Source: Plasmodiophora brassicae
Lineage: Eukaryota
DNA length: 64,000 bases
NCBI GenBank assembly: GCA_036867785.1
Contig: CP145413.1
Span: 1,426,001-1,490,000 of the forward strand
Direction: 5' to 3'
Every line of letters starts with the position of its first letter. Within the stretch, counting starts at the first letter, position 1. The notes beneath the pieces are model-generated. The model did no database searches. It saw only the letters and a list, made by a program, of their open reading frames with translations, and had not been told where the DNA came from. Below, piece after piece: positions 11,480 to 22,271 of this stretch. A program made the translations under genes and the position numbers.

Positions 11480-12260
11480 TATGGACTGAACGCACTTCGT
11501 CTCAATAGTACCAGATGGCCGGTTCTTACAGCTCCGGCGCGCGGTTTGCTGCTTAACGAAAGTGAGGCATCGATATTCCCATCAAACCAAGTGCCGCCAA
11601 CACACTCCAGGCGAGGTCGAGCAACTGCCACTAGGAACATCATATGCGTGAGATAGTTGATGTTGGCCGAAATTCGACATGGAGCATCCTCTCCCGAGGC
11701 CATGTAGTAGCTCGAACTCGTCTACGTCATATTGAACTGCTTTTCGTCGGCAGGGATGAGATTGACCATGTCACAGCAGTGTGGTGTTCCGAGCAACGCG
11801 CTGGTTGCATCGATGAAACGAATGCAATAGAGCTGTCGCAGCAGATTGTGAAACGGCGTCAGAAGTGGTTTGAGCCGAACGCTGTGATGCACGATACATC
11901 CTTCTTTAACGCAGCGCCTGCCAGTGCAGATAGGCATGCCGAGTGCGGCCGCAAGCGCCCTTATACTCTTTCGACGACTGTGCGGGACTGCCGTCAGTAC
12001 ATCAAGGTTGACCAGGTTTTTGGCACGTCCGCATGGCCACGCTTCCTCGACTTTACGTCCGCAACTCGTGACCCGGTATCGAGAGATTCCATCGCTCGCG
12101 CCCAGATACGACTCACCGTCGCGACTGAGACTTCGAAAACCCGGGCCGCCTCGCTCATGCGGCCGTGCTCTAGCCGCCATCCTCCGTCGCAATGCTGTAA
12201 GAGGTACTCGTACATCTCCTGTCTTTGGTAGTCGGTAAGATCGCCTCTACGGTTGGTCCC
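11400..12260 (-). mobile_element. Degenerate Tc1/mariner transposase (plant/oomycete DD39D-like), frameshifted and truncated
   Basis: HTH-like AARVFEVSVATVSRIW; SIRALAAALG...HSVRLKPLLT; DEKQFNMT (DEKWF-like); MFLVAVARPR...WFDG; SITKDVFRSKVIDELIPAMTSKWP. Motifs lie in different frames. Confidence 0.85.
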
Positions 12261-12349
12261 GTGGAGACAACGTCCAGGTGCTGGAACTTCAGGTAACGAC
12301 ATGCAGCCTCCACGCAGTTCGAAGCGACCGCCAATGCCGCACCGCACGC

Positions 12350-12620
12350 GGCGGCCTTGGCGCCTTGCCAGAAGCTGCGAATCCTGCCACAGGAATGGAA
12401 GCTGCCTTTGCAGCCTTGGTTTCAGCGAACTCGACTTGTACCTTCCGGGCCTGCCCGTCGTCATCCATCGCCGCGTGAATCGCCGACCGGACCTGCGAGA
12501 TGTGGCTGAATTTTTCTTGGCACTGTCGAGCACACTCGACGTCACCAAAAGTTACCCTGCCGGGGGACTCCAGCTGAGACAGAATCGGGATAGAGTCGAA
12601 GAACCCCAGGTAGGCCAGCA
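12350..12620 (-). pseudogene. Possible RRM-domain gene fragment
   Basis: GRVTFGDVECARQC...GQARKVQVEFAETK resembles RNP1 and the C-terminal strand of an RRM. Confidence 0.3.
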
Positions 12621-12832
12621 ACATCAAGGGCGCCCCGCCCACTTTGGTGGGAAGAACGAGATGCACGACGCCGCTTTGCGGCAGGCACCACATCCCGTTG
12701 GACATCGTTCCGTTCGCATCGCATCGCGTCGTCCTCGAGCAGTTCTTGCATGCGAACAACCCCGATCACAGTAAGCCGCTGCCGGAACACGACGCCGAGT
12801 CTGTCCGGCTTGAGCGGCCCCGTTGGGTTGTG

Positions 12833-12950
12833 ACGCTGTCTGGCGCCGTAGGGGCCTTGTTCGCCATCCGCAGGACTTCTTGGGCGACCACCTAACATCA
12901 TCACAGTCCCAATCACGTGGAACACCAGATCTGACTCTGGAACATTCATC
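12833..12950 (+). repeat. Direct repeat A2 (degenerate copy of the 3' end of the 9309 gene)
   Basis: Encodes LVRHPQDFLGDHLTSSQS versus LVRHPQDFLDDHLPSSQS; ends 5 nt from the CDK7-like stop codon. Confidence 0.85.
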
Positions 12951-12955
12951 GTGCT

Positions 12956-14164
12956 TTATTGGTCGCGTTCGTACGTGGATTTCGTCCCATCTGGGGCTGA
13001 TCGTGGCAGTTGATCGGGCGGGGTCTCGGCGGGTTCCGTCTTGAAGTACTCGTGTGCCAGGGCATCGGCCGCCGTAATGCGTTTGGCCGGATCGAACGTC
13101 AGCATGGCCTGAAGCAGGTCGAGCGCCGCTGCGTGCACACCCGGGAATATGGACGACAGCGGTTGTGGGGTTCGCGCCTCGAATTGAACGTACGATGGCA
13201 GGGCGGTCATGCCCGGCCAGTCGGCTTCAGCGGGCGTCCCCATGATAGCAAAGATGGACGCCAGCTGCGCAATGCCTTTGTCAGTCGGGAGGAGCACAGA
13301 AGCGCAAACCCTTGACGGCGGCGACTGTACCTGTTCGAGCTCGGTCGACCCGTGGAACAATGGAACTCGTAGCATGAGCTGCGCGAAGATGCATCCGCAC
13401 GACCAGATGTCGGACGGCGACCCGTACGACGTCGCGCCGAATAGCAACTTCAAGGCAATGATTAGGACAGAGGTGCCGGCGGCCCGGACGTGATGGTCAC
13501 GTGCGTACGTACCTCGGGGGCTCGGAACCACAGGGTGCAGGCCTGCGGCGAGTAGACGGCATTGGGCGACCCGAATATCTTCGCCAGGCCAAAGTCGGAG
13601 AGCTTGAGGACCCCGTCGACAGATATGAGACAGTTGGACGGTTTCAGATCGCGATGCATCGTCCAGTTCCGGTGGCAGTGCATGACGGCGGACAGCAGCA
13701 TCTGCACTGGATGAGCACGATGGCCCCAAGCGGGAAGGATGGCCACGATCGGTTACGTACCCGCATGTACGCCTTGATGTCGCCGGGGCGCAGCACGATC
13801 GACGTCGTGTTGATGATGACCTCGAGGTCGGTGGACATCTGCTCCAGCACGACGTTGATATTGCCCCGATGGCCAAACACCTGGAACACGCGTATGATAT
13901 GCGGATGGCCCAGCTCCTGCAGCAGTTTCAGCTCGCGTATCGTCTCCTGGCTGATGCCCTCCGCCGCCGACCTCATGCGGATCTTCTTAATCCTGCGTCG
14001 CACGCGCGTCAGCAAACATCGGCACACACAGACGCATGTGCACAGACGCACGCGACGATCCCCGGCATCTTGCCGTACTGCGCATTGCTGGGCAGCACCT
14101 CGGCGCTGTACACGAGACCGTGGGCACCCTCGCCGAGCTTGCTCAGCTTGCGGTAGCTGTCCAT
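12956..14164 (-). CDS. CDK7: Cyclin-dependent kinase, CDK7/CDK-activating kinase-like, 5 exons
   Basis: LGEGAHGLVY, VA|IKKIRM...EGISQETIRELKLLQEL, HRDLKPSN, DFGLAKIFGSP, WFRAPE|LLFGATSYG, LMLRVPLF, WPGMTALPSYV. LLFGA and LRVPL are CDK7-type signatures. Confidence 0.85.
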
Positions 14165-14422
14165 GGGCGGCAGACGACGCGCGGCGGTGCGCTCCCCGGG
14201 AACTCCGCGACGACGCCACAGGTGTGACGTCCTGATGACTCCGCGCCCCGCCATCGGCGCCGGAGCAGGTGGAACACCATCGTTGATCAGCTGCCCCGGC
14301 AGCGGCCAGGCAGTACCATAAGAACGTGAGCGATGTTCGCTATCGTCCACGTGTGCGCGTCTATTGCAGTGTATTCGTCTGTGATGACACCAAACTTGAA
14401 ACGACTCTCTTGGAGTCCCGTG

Positions 14423-15079
14423 TCAATTCTCAGCAGGAGAATAGAGGTAGGCGGCGCCCTGTGAGGTGTACGTTGCAGGCGTTGGCGTCGCTGTGGGCAC
14501 GCCTTGCAGCGTCGGGCAGGGCACCGGGGCGCCTGGCGTCACCGACGCCGGCGTGTACGTTGTCGGCGGGTAGGTCGGGCAGGACGTTGGTACACCCTGG
14601 GGTATCACCTCCACCGGAACGGTCGTTGCTGGCGTTGGCGTGAACGTTGTCGCTGGCGGCGGGACATACGTCCCCACAGGCGGTGGGAGGTACGTCCCCA
14701 CAGGCGGTGGGACATACGTCCCGACGGGTGGTGGGACATACGTCCCGACGGGTGGTGGGACATACGTCCCGACGGGTGGTGGGACATACGTCCCGACGGG
14801 TGGTGGGACATACGTCCCGACGGGCGGTGGGACATACGTCCCGACGGGCGGTGGGACATACGACGTCGTTGGGCAGGGCGCTGGCACCGATAGGACACCT
14901 GGCGGCGGCGCGGTATACGCCGGCGCTGGGACGCCGGGTGCTGTGGAGAAGCATGGCGTTGGCGTCCAGCTAGGCGACGGCGGCAGGGTTGCTCCCGAAC
15001 TCGAATAATAGACCGCTTGTGAGCAGACGGTCCCTGCTAGCAGCGACGCAGCCAACGCTAAGCAGTGCATCGGCTTCAT
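14423..15079 (-). CDS. Secreted Pro/Thr/Tyr-rich repeat protein (extensin/PRP-like)
   Basis: Signal-like MKPMHCLALAASLLAGTVCS; 8 full Y(V/L)PPPVGT units plus a partial one; (P/S)CPT motifs flank the repeat. Confidence 0.85.
   Translation of the reverse strand: MKPMHCLALAASLLAGTVCSQAVYYSSSGATLPPSPSWTPTPCFSTAPGVPAPAYTAPPPGVLSVPAPCPTTSYVPPPVGTYVPPPVGTYVPPPVGTYVPPPVGTYVPPPVGTYVPPPVGTYVPPPVGTYLPPPVGTYVPPPATTFTPTPATTVPVEVIPQGVPTSCPTYPPTTYTPASVTPGAPVPCPTLQGVPTATPTPATYTSQGAAYLYSPAEN
14655..14861. repeat. Coding tandem repeat, 24-nt unit x ~8.5
   Basis: Unit ggtgggacatacgtcccgacgggt with minor variants. Confidence 0.95.
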
Positions 15080-15180
15080 GTGAGTGAGTGTGTGTATCGG
15101 ACCCGGACCGGACGATCGTCCGACCGAGCCGTGCGCCCCCCCAATAGGTCATTACTACTCACCACAAGTGCCAAAGCCCA

Positions 15181-17972
15181 TCATGCGTTTACTACTGATG
15201 CACGATGTTCCTGATCGTGAACGCTGCCGCCGTTCGCCGATTGCACAGCGCCGTCCTTGCACCCGTTGGCAACGTCGACCGCACGACGCGATGCGTCACC
15301 GTTGTCCTTGACGCTGGTTGGAGCCGTGTCGCCCTTGGCGCCACCGGCCGGAGGCGGGGATGGCGGTGTGGACAGCCGCGGCGCCGGTGTCTCCTTGTTG
15401 TCCTTGTTGTCCTGGGACAGGATCCACGGGTCGTTCAGCGCTTCCGAGACGGTGATGCGCTTCTTCGGATCGGGGCAGAGCAGGCGACGGATCAGGGCCT
15501 TGGCTTCCGGCGACACCTGGTCCCAGACCGGATCGCCTTCCATCGGCAGGGCACCCTTGATAGTCTTCTCGATGATGTCATCCTTGTGCTTGGCGTCGAA
15601 CGGCAGCCGTCCACGCAGGAGCACGTACATGATGACGCCGATGGACCACAGGTCGACCTCGCGCCCGTACCCGGTCATCTGCAGGACCTCGGGTGCGACG
15701 TACGCCAGCGTCCCGCAGGGCAGGTTCATGATCTCCTCGGGCGCCGCGAACTTGCTCAACCCAAAGTCAGCGACCTGGATGTCGGTATCTGACTCCTGCG
15801 ACGTCATCATGATGTTCTCCAGCTTCAGATCGCGGTGCACGATACCCCGGTCGTGCAGGTACCCGATCGCACGCAACAGGTTACGAATCAGGGCCTGCGC
15901 ATCGTCGGTTAGAGCGCGTTCCTGAACAGGTAAACGTAGTACATACCTTTGTCGTGTCTTCCGGGAAACGATGCTTGGCTTTGAGGCGGTCGAACAGGTC
16001 GCCCCCGGCGACGAGCGTCGTGATGATGTAGATCTTCGAGCGCGTCTCGAACACGTTCTTGAGGTGGATGATGTTCGGGTGGTGGACGAGCTGGAGGACG
16101 GCGATCTCGGTGCGCAGGAGTTCGCGCTCAGAATCGTTGATGCCCGACTTGTCGATGATCTTGACGGCGTACTTCTTCCCGGTCGCCTTGTGCGTGCACC
16201 CGCAGACGGTCGAGAACTTGCCCTGGCCGAGTTCGCCGCCAATCTCGTAGTAATCCTCCAGGACGAACTGCCGCGCCGCCTGCCGAATCGCGGCCATCCA
16301 CTGGTTGCGAAGCTCTAACGTCTTGGCGTAGAAGAACCGGGACACGCCCATGTCCTGCGACATGACGATCTCCAGGCCGAACCTCATCTTCGGCGACCGC
16401 TCCTCGTGGTTGACCGGCTCGACGAAGCACCCCTCCAGGCACATCACGCCCGATGGGCGCAGGTCGTTCTCATGGTGGAACGAATACAGGAAGTTGTCCT
16501 TCAAGACGAACCAGCGAACCTTCAGATTCTAAACGGAGCGTCATTAGTGGCCATGGCCCCTGCCGTGTGACGGGCACAAACACGCGCGCGCCACGAACCT
16601 TGAACATGCTGCCAATCTTGTACAGCCACCCTTCCATCTGATACGGCTTGTCCTCGAGTGCGATCCTGCCAAAGGGACGGTTAGAACCCGGGAAGAGCGC
16701 GCGCCCGCACGACATTACGTCGGGCGGCCGTAGTGCGGCTCGAGCGGTTTGTCGTTCAGCGCGAGTTCGAACCCGCAGTTGAAGCAGAACAGGACGCGGA
16801 CGGGATGGTCGCTGTGCAGAGACAGCCGGCACGTCTGGCACATGGTGAAGTTGCCGGGCGTCGTCAGCTTCTTGCCGCACTGGCAGCAGTTCCTGACGCT
16901 GATCTCGTAGTGGCAACTCTGACAGATGAGGTACAGGCCTGGCGTCTCCGCCGGGTTGCCCGACAGCACCGACGTCGGCCCATTCAGCCTCGGCGACGTC
17001 TGGTCGACCTGCGGGCTGTTGTCGAAGACGCCCAGAGATGACGACCCCTTACGAATACGTTGCCCAGGCGCCGCCCGTGCGATCAATGGCGACATACCCG
17101 ACGAGGACGACGAATGCAGGATACCGTCGAACGTCACCTGCCGATGACGTTCGTCAGACGGGAGCTAGAAGCGGGGGGATAAACGATCCTCGTCACCTTC
17201 CCACCACATTTCGTGTCGATGGACGGCGGGCGTTTATGCCGAAGGTCGATGGCTGGGGCGGGCGCCTGGCTGCTCGTGAACACGTAGTCGAGAATGTCGA
17301 GCGTCTCGGCATGGTCGATGACCCATTTCTTGAAGTCCTCCTTGGAGAGGCGTTCGGGGTCGGACGTGATCTGGAACGCCGAGTTCACCATGTCGGTGAC
17401 GCGGCGGTTCAGGGCGTCGGCCACTTCGTCCGAGAACTTCTCCGAGTCGTTGGACGCCTCCAGTATCGTGTACGCGGCGAACACGACCGAGTTCAGCATC
17501 GTGGTCAGCTCCGAACGCGTCAGGAACCCGTGCCCGGCGATATCATACATGGTGAACATGAAATCAATCTGTAAACGTGACAACGGATGGGTTAGCGCCA
17601 GGCGAGGCGTCGCAACTACAAACGTGGGCAACCTTCTCTTCGAGAGACCCGCGAACGATCAGGCCCAGACCGGACACGAACTCGTCGTAGTCGATGGCAC
17701 CAATGTTCTTTCGGTCGAATGCGGCGAACAGACGGTCGCCGAGGATGCCTGGCATTTGGAAGACCTTCGTGAAGGTCAGCTTGTCGATCGTTTTGCGCCC
17801 CTGGCTGCGTTCCGCCAGGTCCTGGAACGTTCGCTGCAGGACGAGGACCTCCTCATGGTCGACTACAGGTGTGCCAGAGTCAGCGACGCAGCGCGTCATG
17901 ACGGCACAGGCGGGACCGACACTTATCGCGCAGCTTCAGGAACTCCTTGGACTTCGACTTGCCGACGCCCAT
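15181..17972 (-). CDS. Myristoylated EF-hand + Cys-rich + PH + CAMK-group kinase (CDPK7-like architecture), multi-exon
   Basis: MGVGKS (MGxxxS); EF hands FDRKNIGAIDYDEF and YDIAGHGFLTRSEL; four CxxC; PH MEGWLYKIG..RWFVLKDNFLY..RNQWMAAI; kinase LGQGKFSTV, YAVKII, HRDLKLEN, DFGLSK, CGTLAYVAPE. Confidence 0.9.
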
Positions 17973-18366
17973 GATGGCGACGCGCGGTCGCCACGGTCCG
18001 GATGCGGCCGCGTTCGGTTAGATATCGAGGTCGCCTGTAGGAGGGTGGTACGCCGCGGACGTGGCCGGGGTCTGCCAATGATATCTGACGGACTGGCGGC
18101 GGTCGTCGGTTCCGAGCGCCGACGCGCGAATGGTGCCCCGGACCCGCGCCCTTTCGCGCAACTTTTGCGGTTAAGGACGGGCGGGGCCGCCACCGCCGCT
18201 CGGCCCGGCCCGACGCACCGACCCGACGCTATGTGGAAGATCGCGCGCGACGACACCTGGCACGCGGCACGGCGTGATTGGCGGGCGTGTTCGGTTTGCT
18301 TTCCCTCGTGCAGGTACGGTCGAGGCACCCTCTGATCGTCCCGCTGCCTGTTTGGAAGGCATCATC

Positions 18367-19158
18367 ATGGAGGACGCCGCATGGACATACGGGGACGAGA
18401 CGTTCGTCCGTCATTCTGCATGCCATCGTGCGCGCCCCGCTGGGTGCGTGCGACCCACCGCAGCCGGCATCGTGCGCCCGATTATAGGGCGTCGGCGCGG
18501 ATCACCGATCATCCGGGACGTGATGCTGCCCTCGTCGTGCTGCATCGTCCTGGTGGGCCCGGGCCTGTCCGACAGGCCTGTCAGGCTGTGCCGACCCACA
18601 CGCTCGCTCTCTGTGCGCTCCTTGCCCGTGTGCTCCGACCTGGCCTGGGTGGACGACGAGAACGATGTGGTCGCGATCGGCAGCGATGCCGAACTTCAGC
18701 AGGCGGCTGTGGATGCCCAGGGCCAGCTAACGATCTACTGCGGCGAGTACTGCCGGTACCGCTTGCGGGCTGAATCCCCCGACGAACCCTGCTCCACGAT
18801 CGTTCTTGTTGGGCGTTCCTCGATGCTCTACCACTGGCGCCTGCGTAACGTTGGCAGTGCAAGCTGGCCGGCCGGATGCCGGATCGTGGCCGAGATCGGG
18901 GACACCCGTCAGATAATTGACGTCGACGTGTCGCCAATTTCCGTTCCTGCCAACCGGTGCGTTGACATCCGCATCAGCAGGGAACGGATCGACGGGATTC
19001 TCGATCAGGTTTCCGTGCATCGATCTTGCTGTTGTCCTCTGCACGATGTCGCTAAACGTCTGGCAGGCCGCGTTCCGTGTGTACCTGACGGATCCATCTG
19101 GCCGACGCATTGGAGAACCACTTCCGATTCCTTCGTAACTGGAGCCCCATTGGGATAA
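18367..19158 (+). CDS. PB1 + Nbr1-FW-like domain protein (possibly degenerate)
   Basis: LAWVDDENDVVAIGSDAELQQA (PB1 acidic OPCA motif); HWRLRNVGSASWPAG and FRVYLTDPSGRRIGEPL (FW-like). Exon structure and 3' end uncertain. Confidence 0.55.
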   Translation: MEDAAWTYGDETFVRHSACHRARPAGCVRPTAAGIVRPIIGRRRGSPIIRDVMLPSSCCIVLVGPGLSDRPVRLCRPTRSLSVRSLPVCSDLAWVDDENDVVAIGSDAELQQAAVDAQGQLTIYCGEYCRYRLRAESPDEPCSTIVLVGRSSMLYHWRLRNVGSASWPAGCRIVAEIGDTRQIIDVDVSPISVPANRCVDIRISRERIDGILDQVSVHRSCCCPLHDVAKRLAGRVPCVPDGSIWPTHWRTTSDSFVTGAPLG

Positions 19159-20057
19159 ACGTGGTAATTTAGTTGGAGCTGCCTAGTGAGTTTAGCGGAA
19201 TCGACTGCTCTGGCGCACGCCGCCTTTGGTTACGGACGGACGACAGGATTCGTCCGGGGACGATTCGGTCGACGAGATGCGACAGTCCCAGGCCGAGGAT
19301 GATGGCTGGTCGAGGCCCAGCGTTCAGATCCCAGCTCCAATCGGCATGGATCGTCCTGCTACCCTACCCGTGTATATCATGGAGACAAGCAGATGGAAAG
19401 CAACCAGGACGCGCGTGGATGGAGACTACAAAGGCAGACAGGGTCAGCACCGGACAACGGGGCGCAACACATCCATCATACTGTTGGAAAGATGTCACCG
19501 AATCCGCCTGAACCACGATTGACCTGTCAGAACAATATAGCAGTCTCCATCACGTGTGAGCGGACGTACATCCCGTTTGTGCAGAGAGGGCAAAGTACCC
19601 GAAATCTGCCACGCACGCCTCCATCAGTTGAGGAGACCGACCGCAGGTCGACAGGAACCCCCTTACGGAACACGAGCTGTCCAATGTTGCTCCCTGCTTC
19701 GAGGTCCGTTGCAACCAGGTGGAACGACCTGGGGCCCTCGATCACGTATACCTAGCGCATGGTTACTGGCCAGTCCATGTACAGTGCCAGAGTGTGTGGG
19801 CTCAACCAACCGTGAAATACATGCCCGCAAATAGCAACGCTGTGGACAGGTAACTTTGGAACAGGAATTCAGGCGTAACGTCTTCAGCGTTGATCTTGCG
19901 CACCAGAACGAACGATGTGACGATGACGACAATCAGGTTGATGATTTGGAGGAGCAGGATGCACAACGCAGTCAACACTGTTCAGGGATTAGCCACACTT
20001 GGACAGCCTCGGCAAGCACCACGAGGCAGACCCAGTTTCGCGCTTGGCTTCGCGATG

Positions 20058-21586
20058 TCATGGAAGTCGAGACGTGAGACTAGAACGATTACAAGGCACA
20101 GGACCAGCGTCGAGCACGTAATGAGCAGTGGGACCCGCCGCAACCACGTCCCCCAGGTCCGGTAATGCGGTATGTAACTGACACAGTGATGGCGCATCAG
20201 ATGTTGATGTCTTCCAGCCTTGCGAAATGCCTGCTGCCAACCTTTCCATGCCTTCCGATATCCGTTCCGCTATCGAATCAAAGTCAATGTGACTTGCCGA
20301 CATGTTATGCGACCGTCGATGGTTCGCATCCGCCTGTACGGCCTGCAACACATTCAGTGCCGAATGGAAACGTGAACGAGTGAACAAAGCACCTGCGCAT
20401 GAAGCTCCTTCTTAATGCGGATATAGGTTGTGCCGACAGCGAAGATGGCAACGGAGTACACCACTGAGGACAGCATTTGCAAAGAAGTCAGGACCTGAGA
20501 CACGAACTGTCGTGGCACGATATCCCCGAACCCGCTGCACAGCAACCGGTTAAATGCAACAGCAACGCCACCGCAGCCAACCAATACGACCTCGTCGACT
20601 GCGTCGTGAAGGAAAAGTACCATAAGATCATCCAGATGTCAATCGGCGAACGCTGGGAAGGTCCCAGATCCAAGCGGAACGAGTCCTCGTCGACAAGGTA
20701 GCACCTGTTAGCCAGGTACGTAAACCGGCGGCCAGCCCAGATATCGAAAGTAAGACGCGGGGCGCTCTTACGCCAAGTATAACCCAGCGAACGATATCGT
20801 TGTTGCCACGTACAACCGGATCAGCGTCGTTATGCTGACGAACGATGTCTGGATCGACTTTGCGCTAGAGGCAAACCACTCAGCAAGTCGCTCGACGCCG
20901 CACGCAGCGACACGACGTACGCGCTGAGGTTGGCCAACACATTGGTGACCGCTAATATAATCTCCATGATCCAGCACGTCGCCTGCCATCACGTCAGCGC
21001 ATGACGCCAGGGCAGTGATTGCAGAAAGTACGAACTTCGACGCCAGCGTTTCTCGGTCTGTCGTCTGTGAACGCGTCCGGGTTCACGTTGGCGATGCAGG
21101 CCAGCATGAGGAGCTGCCAGGAAACGGTGATCTTCAGCAGGTGTCGAAATACGGCATTCTCGACCCGGGCCAGGCACGTCGGCCGTGCTGGGGGCACGAC
21201 ATGGTCCACAGCGATTCGGGGACCATCCAATGGCGATAAACGGACTGTGGCGTGCATAAAGAGCCCGAGTCAGGCGTTATGAGTCCCGGATTCCATACGA
21301 ATGGGCAGACCGATCTCCAGGTCGGCGTCCTCGTCATCGTACGCCGGACCGTCGGTGCCGCTGCTGCCCCATCCCGACTTGTTGGGCTTGTCGACCAGCG
21401 GCGACGTATTGCTGGCCTGATCCGGGTTCGACATGGGCGGCACAGCGCGCCCGCCCGTCGGTGCCCTGGTTCCACGACGGACGCCCAATCACGCCAACGG
21501 CATCGCACCCTGGAAACGCGGCCCACGAGCGAAACCCACCCGTCACTGTCGTAGTCGTCGTCCGCCTGGCTGCGCACCGTCCCCAT
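20058..21586 (-). CDS. Potassium-channel-like protein (Ion_trans_2 pore), multi-exon
   Basis: LYVATTISFAGLY helix; WYFSFTTQST|SGFGDIVP across intron 20535-20590; inner helix LQMLSSVVYSVAIFAVG. Start and last exon tentative. Confidence 0.7.
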
Positions 21587-22271
21587 CGCGATCTTTCTCG
21601 AATCGTCCAGGACCAGGCGACCCGGCCCGCCCGCACGGACCGGCGATGGTGGGCACCCCCCGTTTGCAATTGGGTCGCGGCCCCTACCCCCGCCCACCGT
21701 CGCCACGACAGCAACAGCACGTCCATGCCGAACCCTGCACGTCGACGGGGCAGCAGACGGCATGTCTTGCAACTGACGTGTCCGAATCACTGATCGAGTG
21801 GAGACGCATACCGATCGCGGCTCGCGGTACGCCCTCTGCTGTCTGATCATCCGTCGTTACCGCCGGACCGATACGCGTCCCTACTGAATCGCCCTACCTC
21901 CGCCTTCGTCCCTGACACACGAGCGCGCTCCCGTTAACGACCATGGGCAACGCTGGTTAGTCGACGTTCTTCCTCTTCGCCAACTGATCATACGTATACG
22001 CAGGTTCAGTTTGCAGCAGATTCAGAGCAATGGCGTCCGGAGTCAGCATAGTGGTTGGCCCCGACGATCTGACGCGAACCCACGACTGGACCAGGTCGTG
22101 CAGGGCGTGTCGGGAGCCTTTGACCGAGGTCCGCAGACATGGCCGAGGCTGTGGATGAAGTTCATGGATTTGTCCAGCCGATCCATGAACGCGTCATCGA
22201 CGAACAAGCGTCACGAATGCAAGCATGTTCGCCGGGTCGATTCCGCAACCGGGGACGTCGGGCGGTGGCTC

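Noticed and set aside
14655-14861. 24-nt repeats with an internal dyad (GGGAC-ATAC-GTCCC), CRISPR-like at first sight
   Set aside because: No unique spacers, no cas genes, and the repeat is in frame within a secreted protein.
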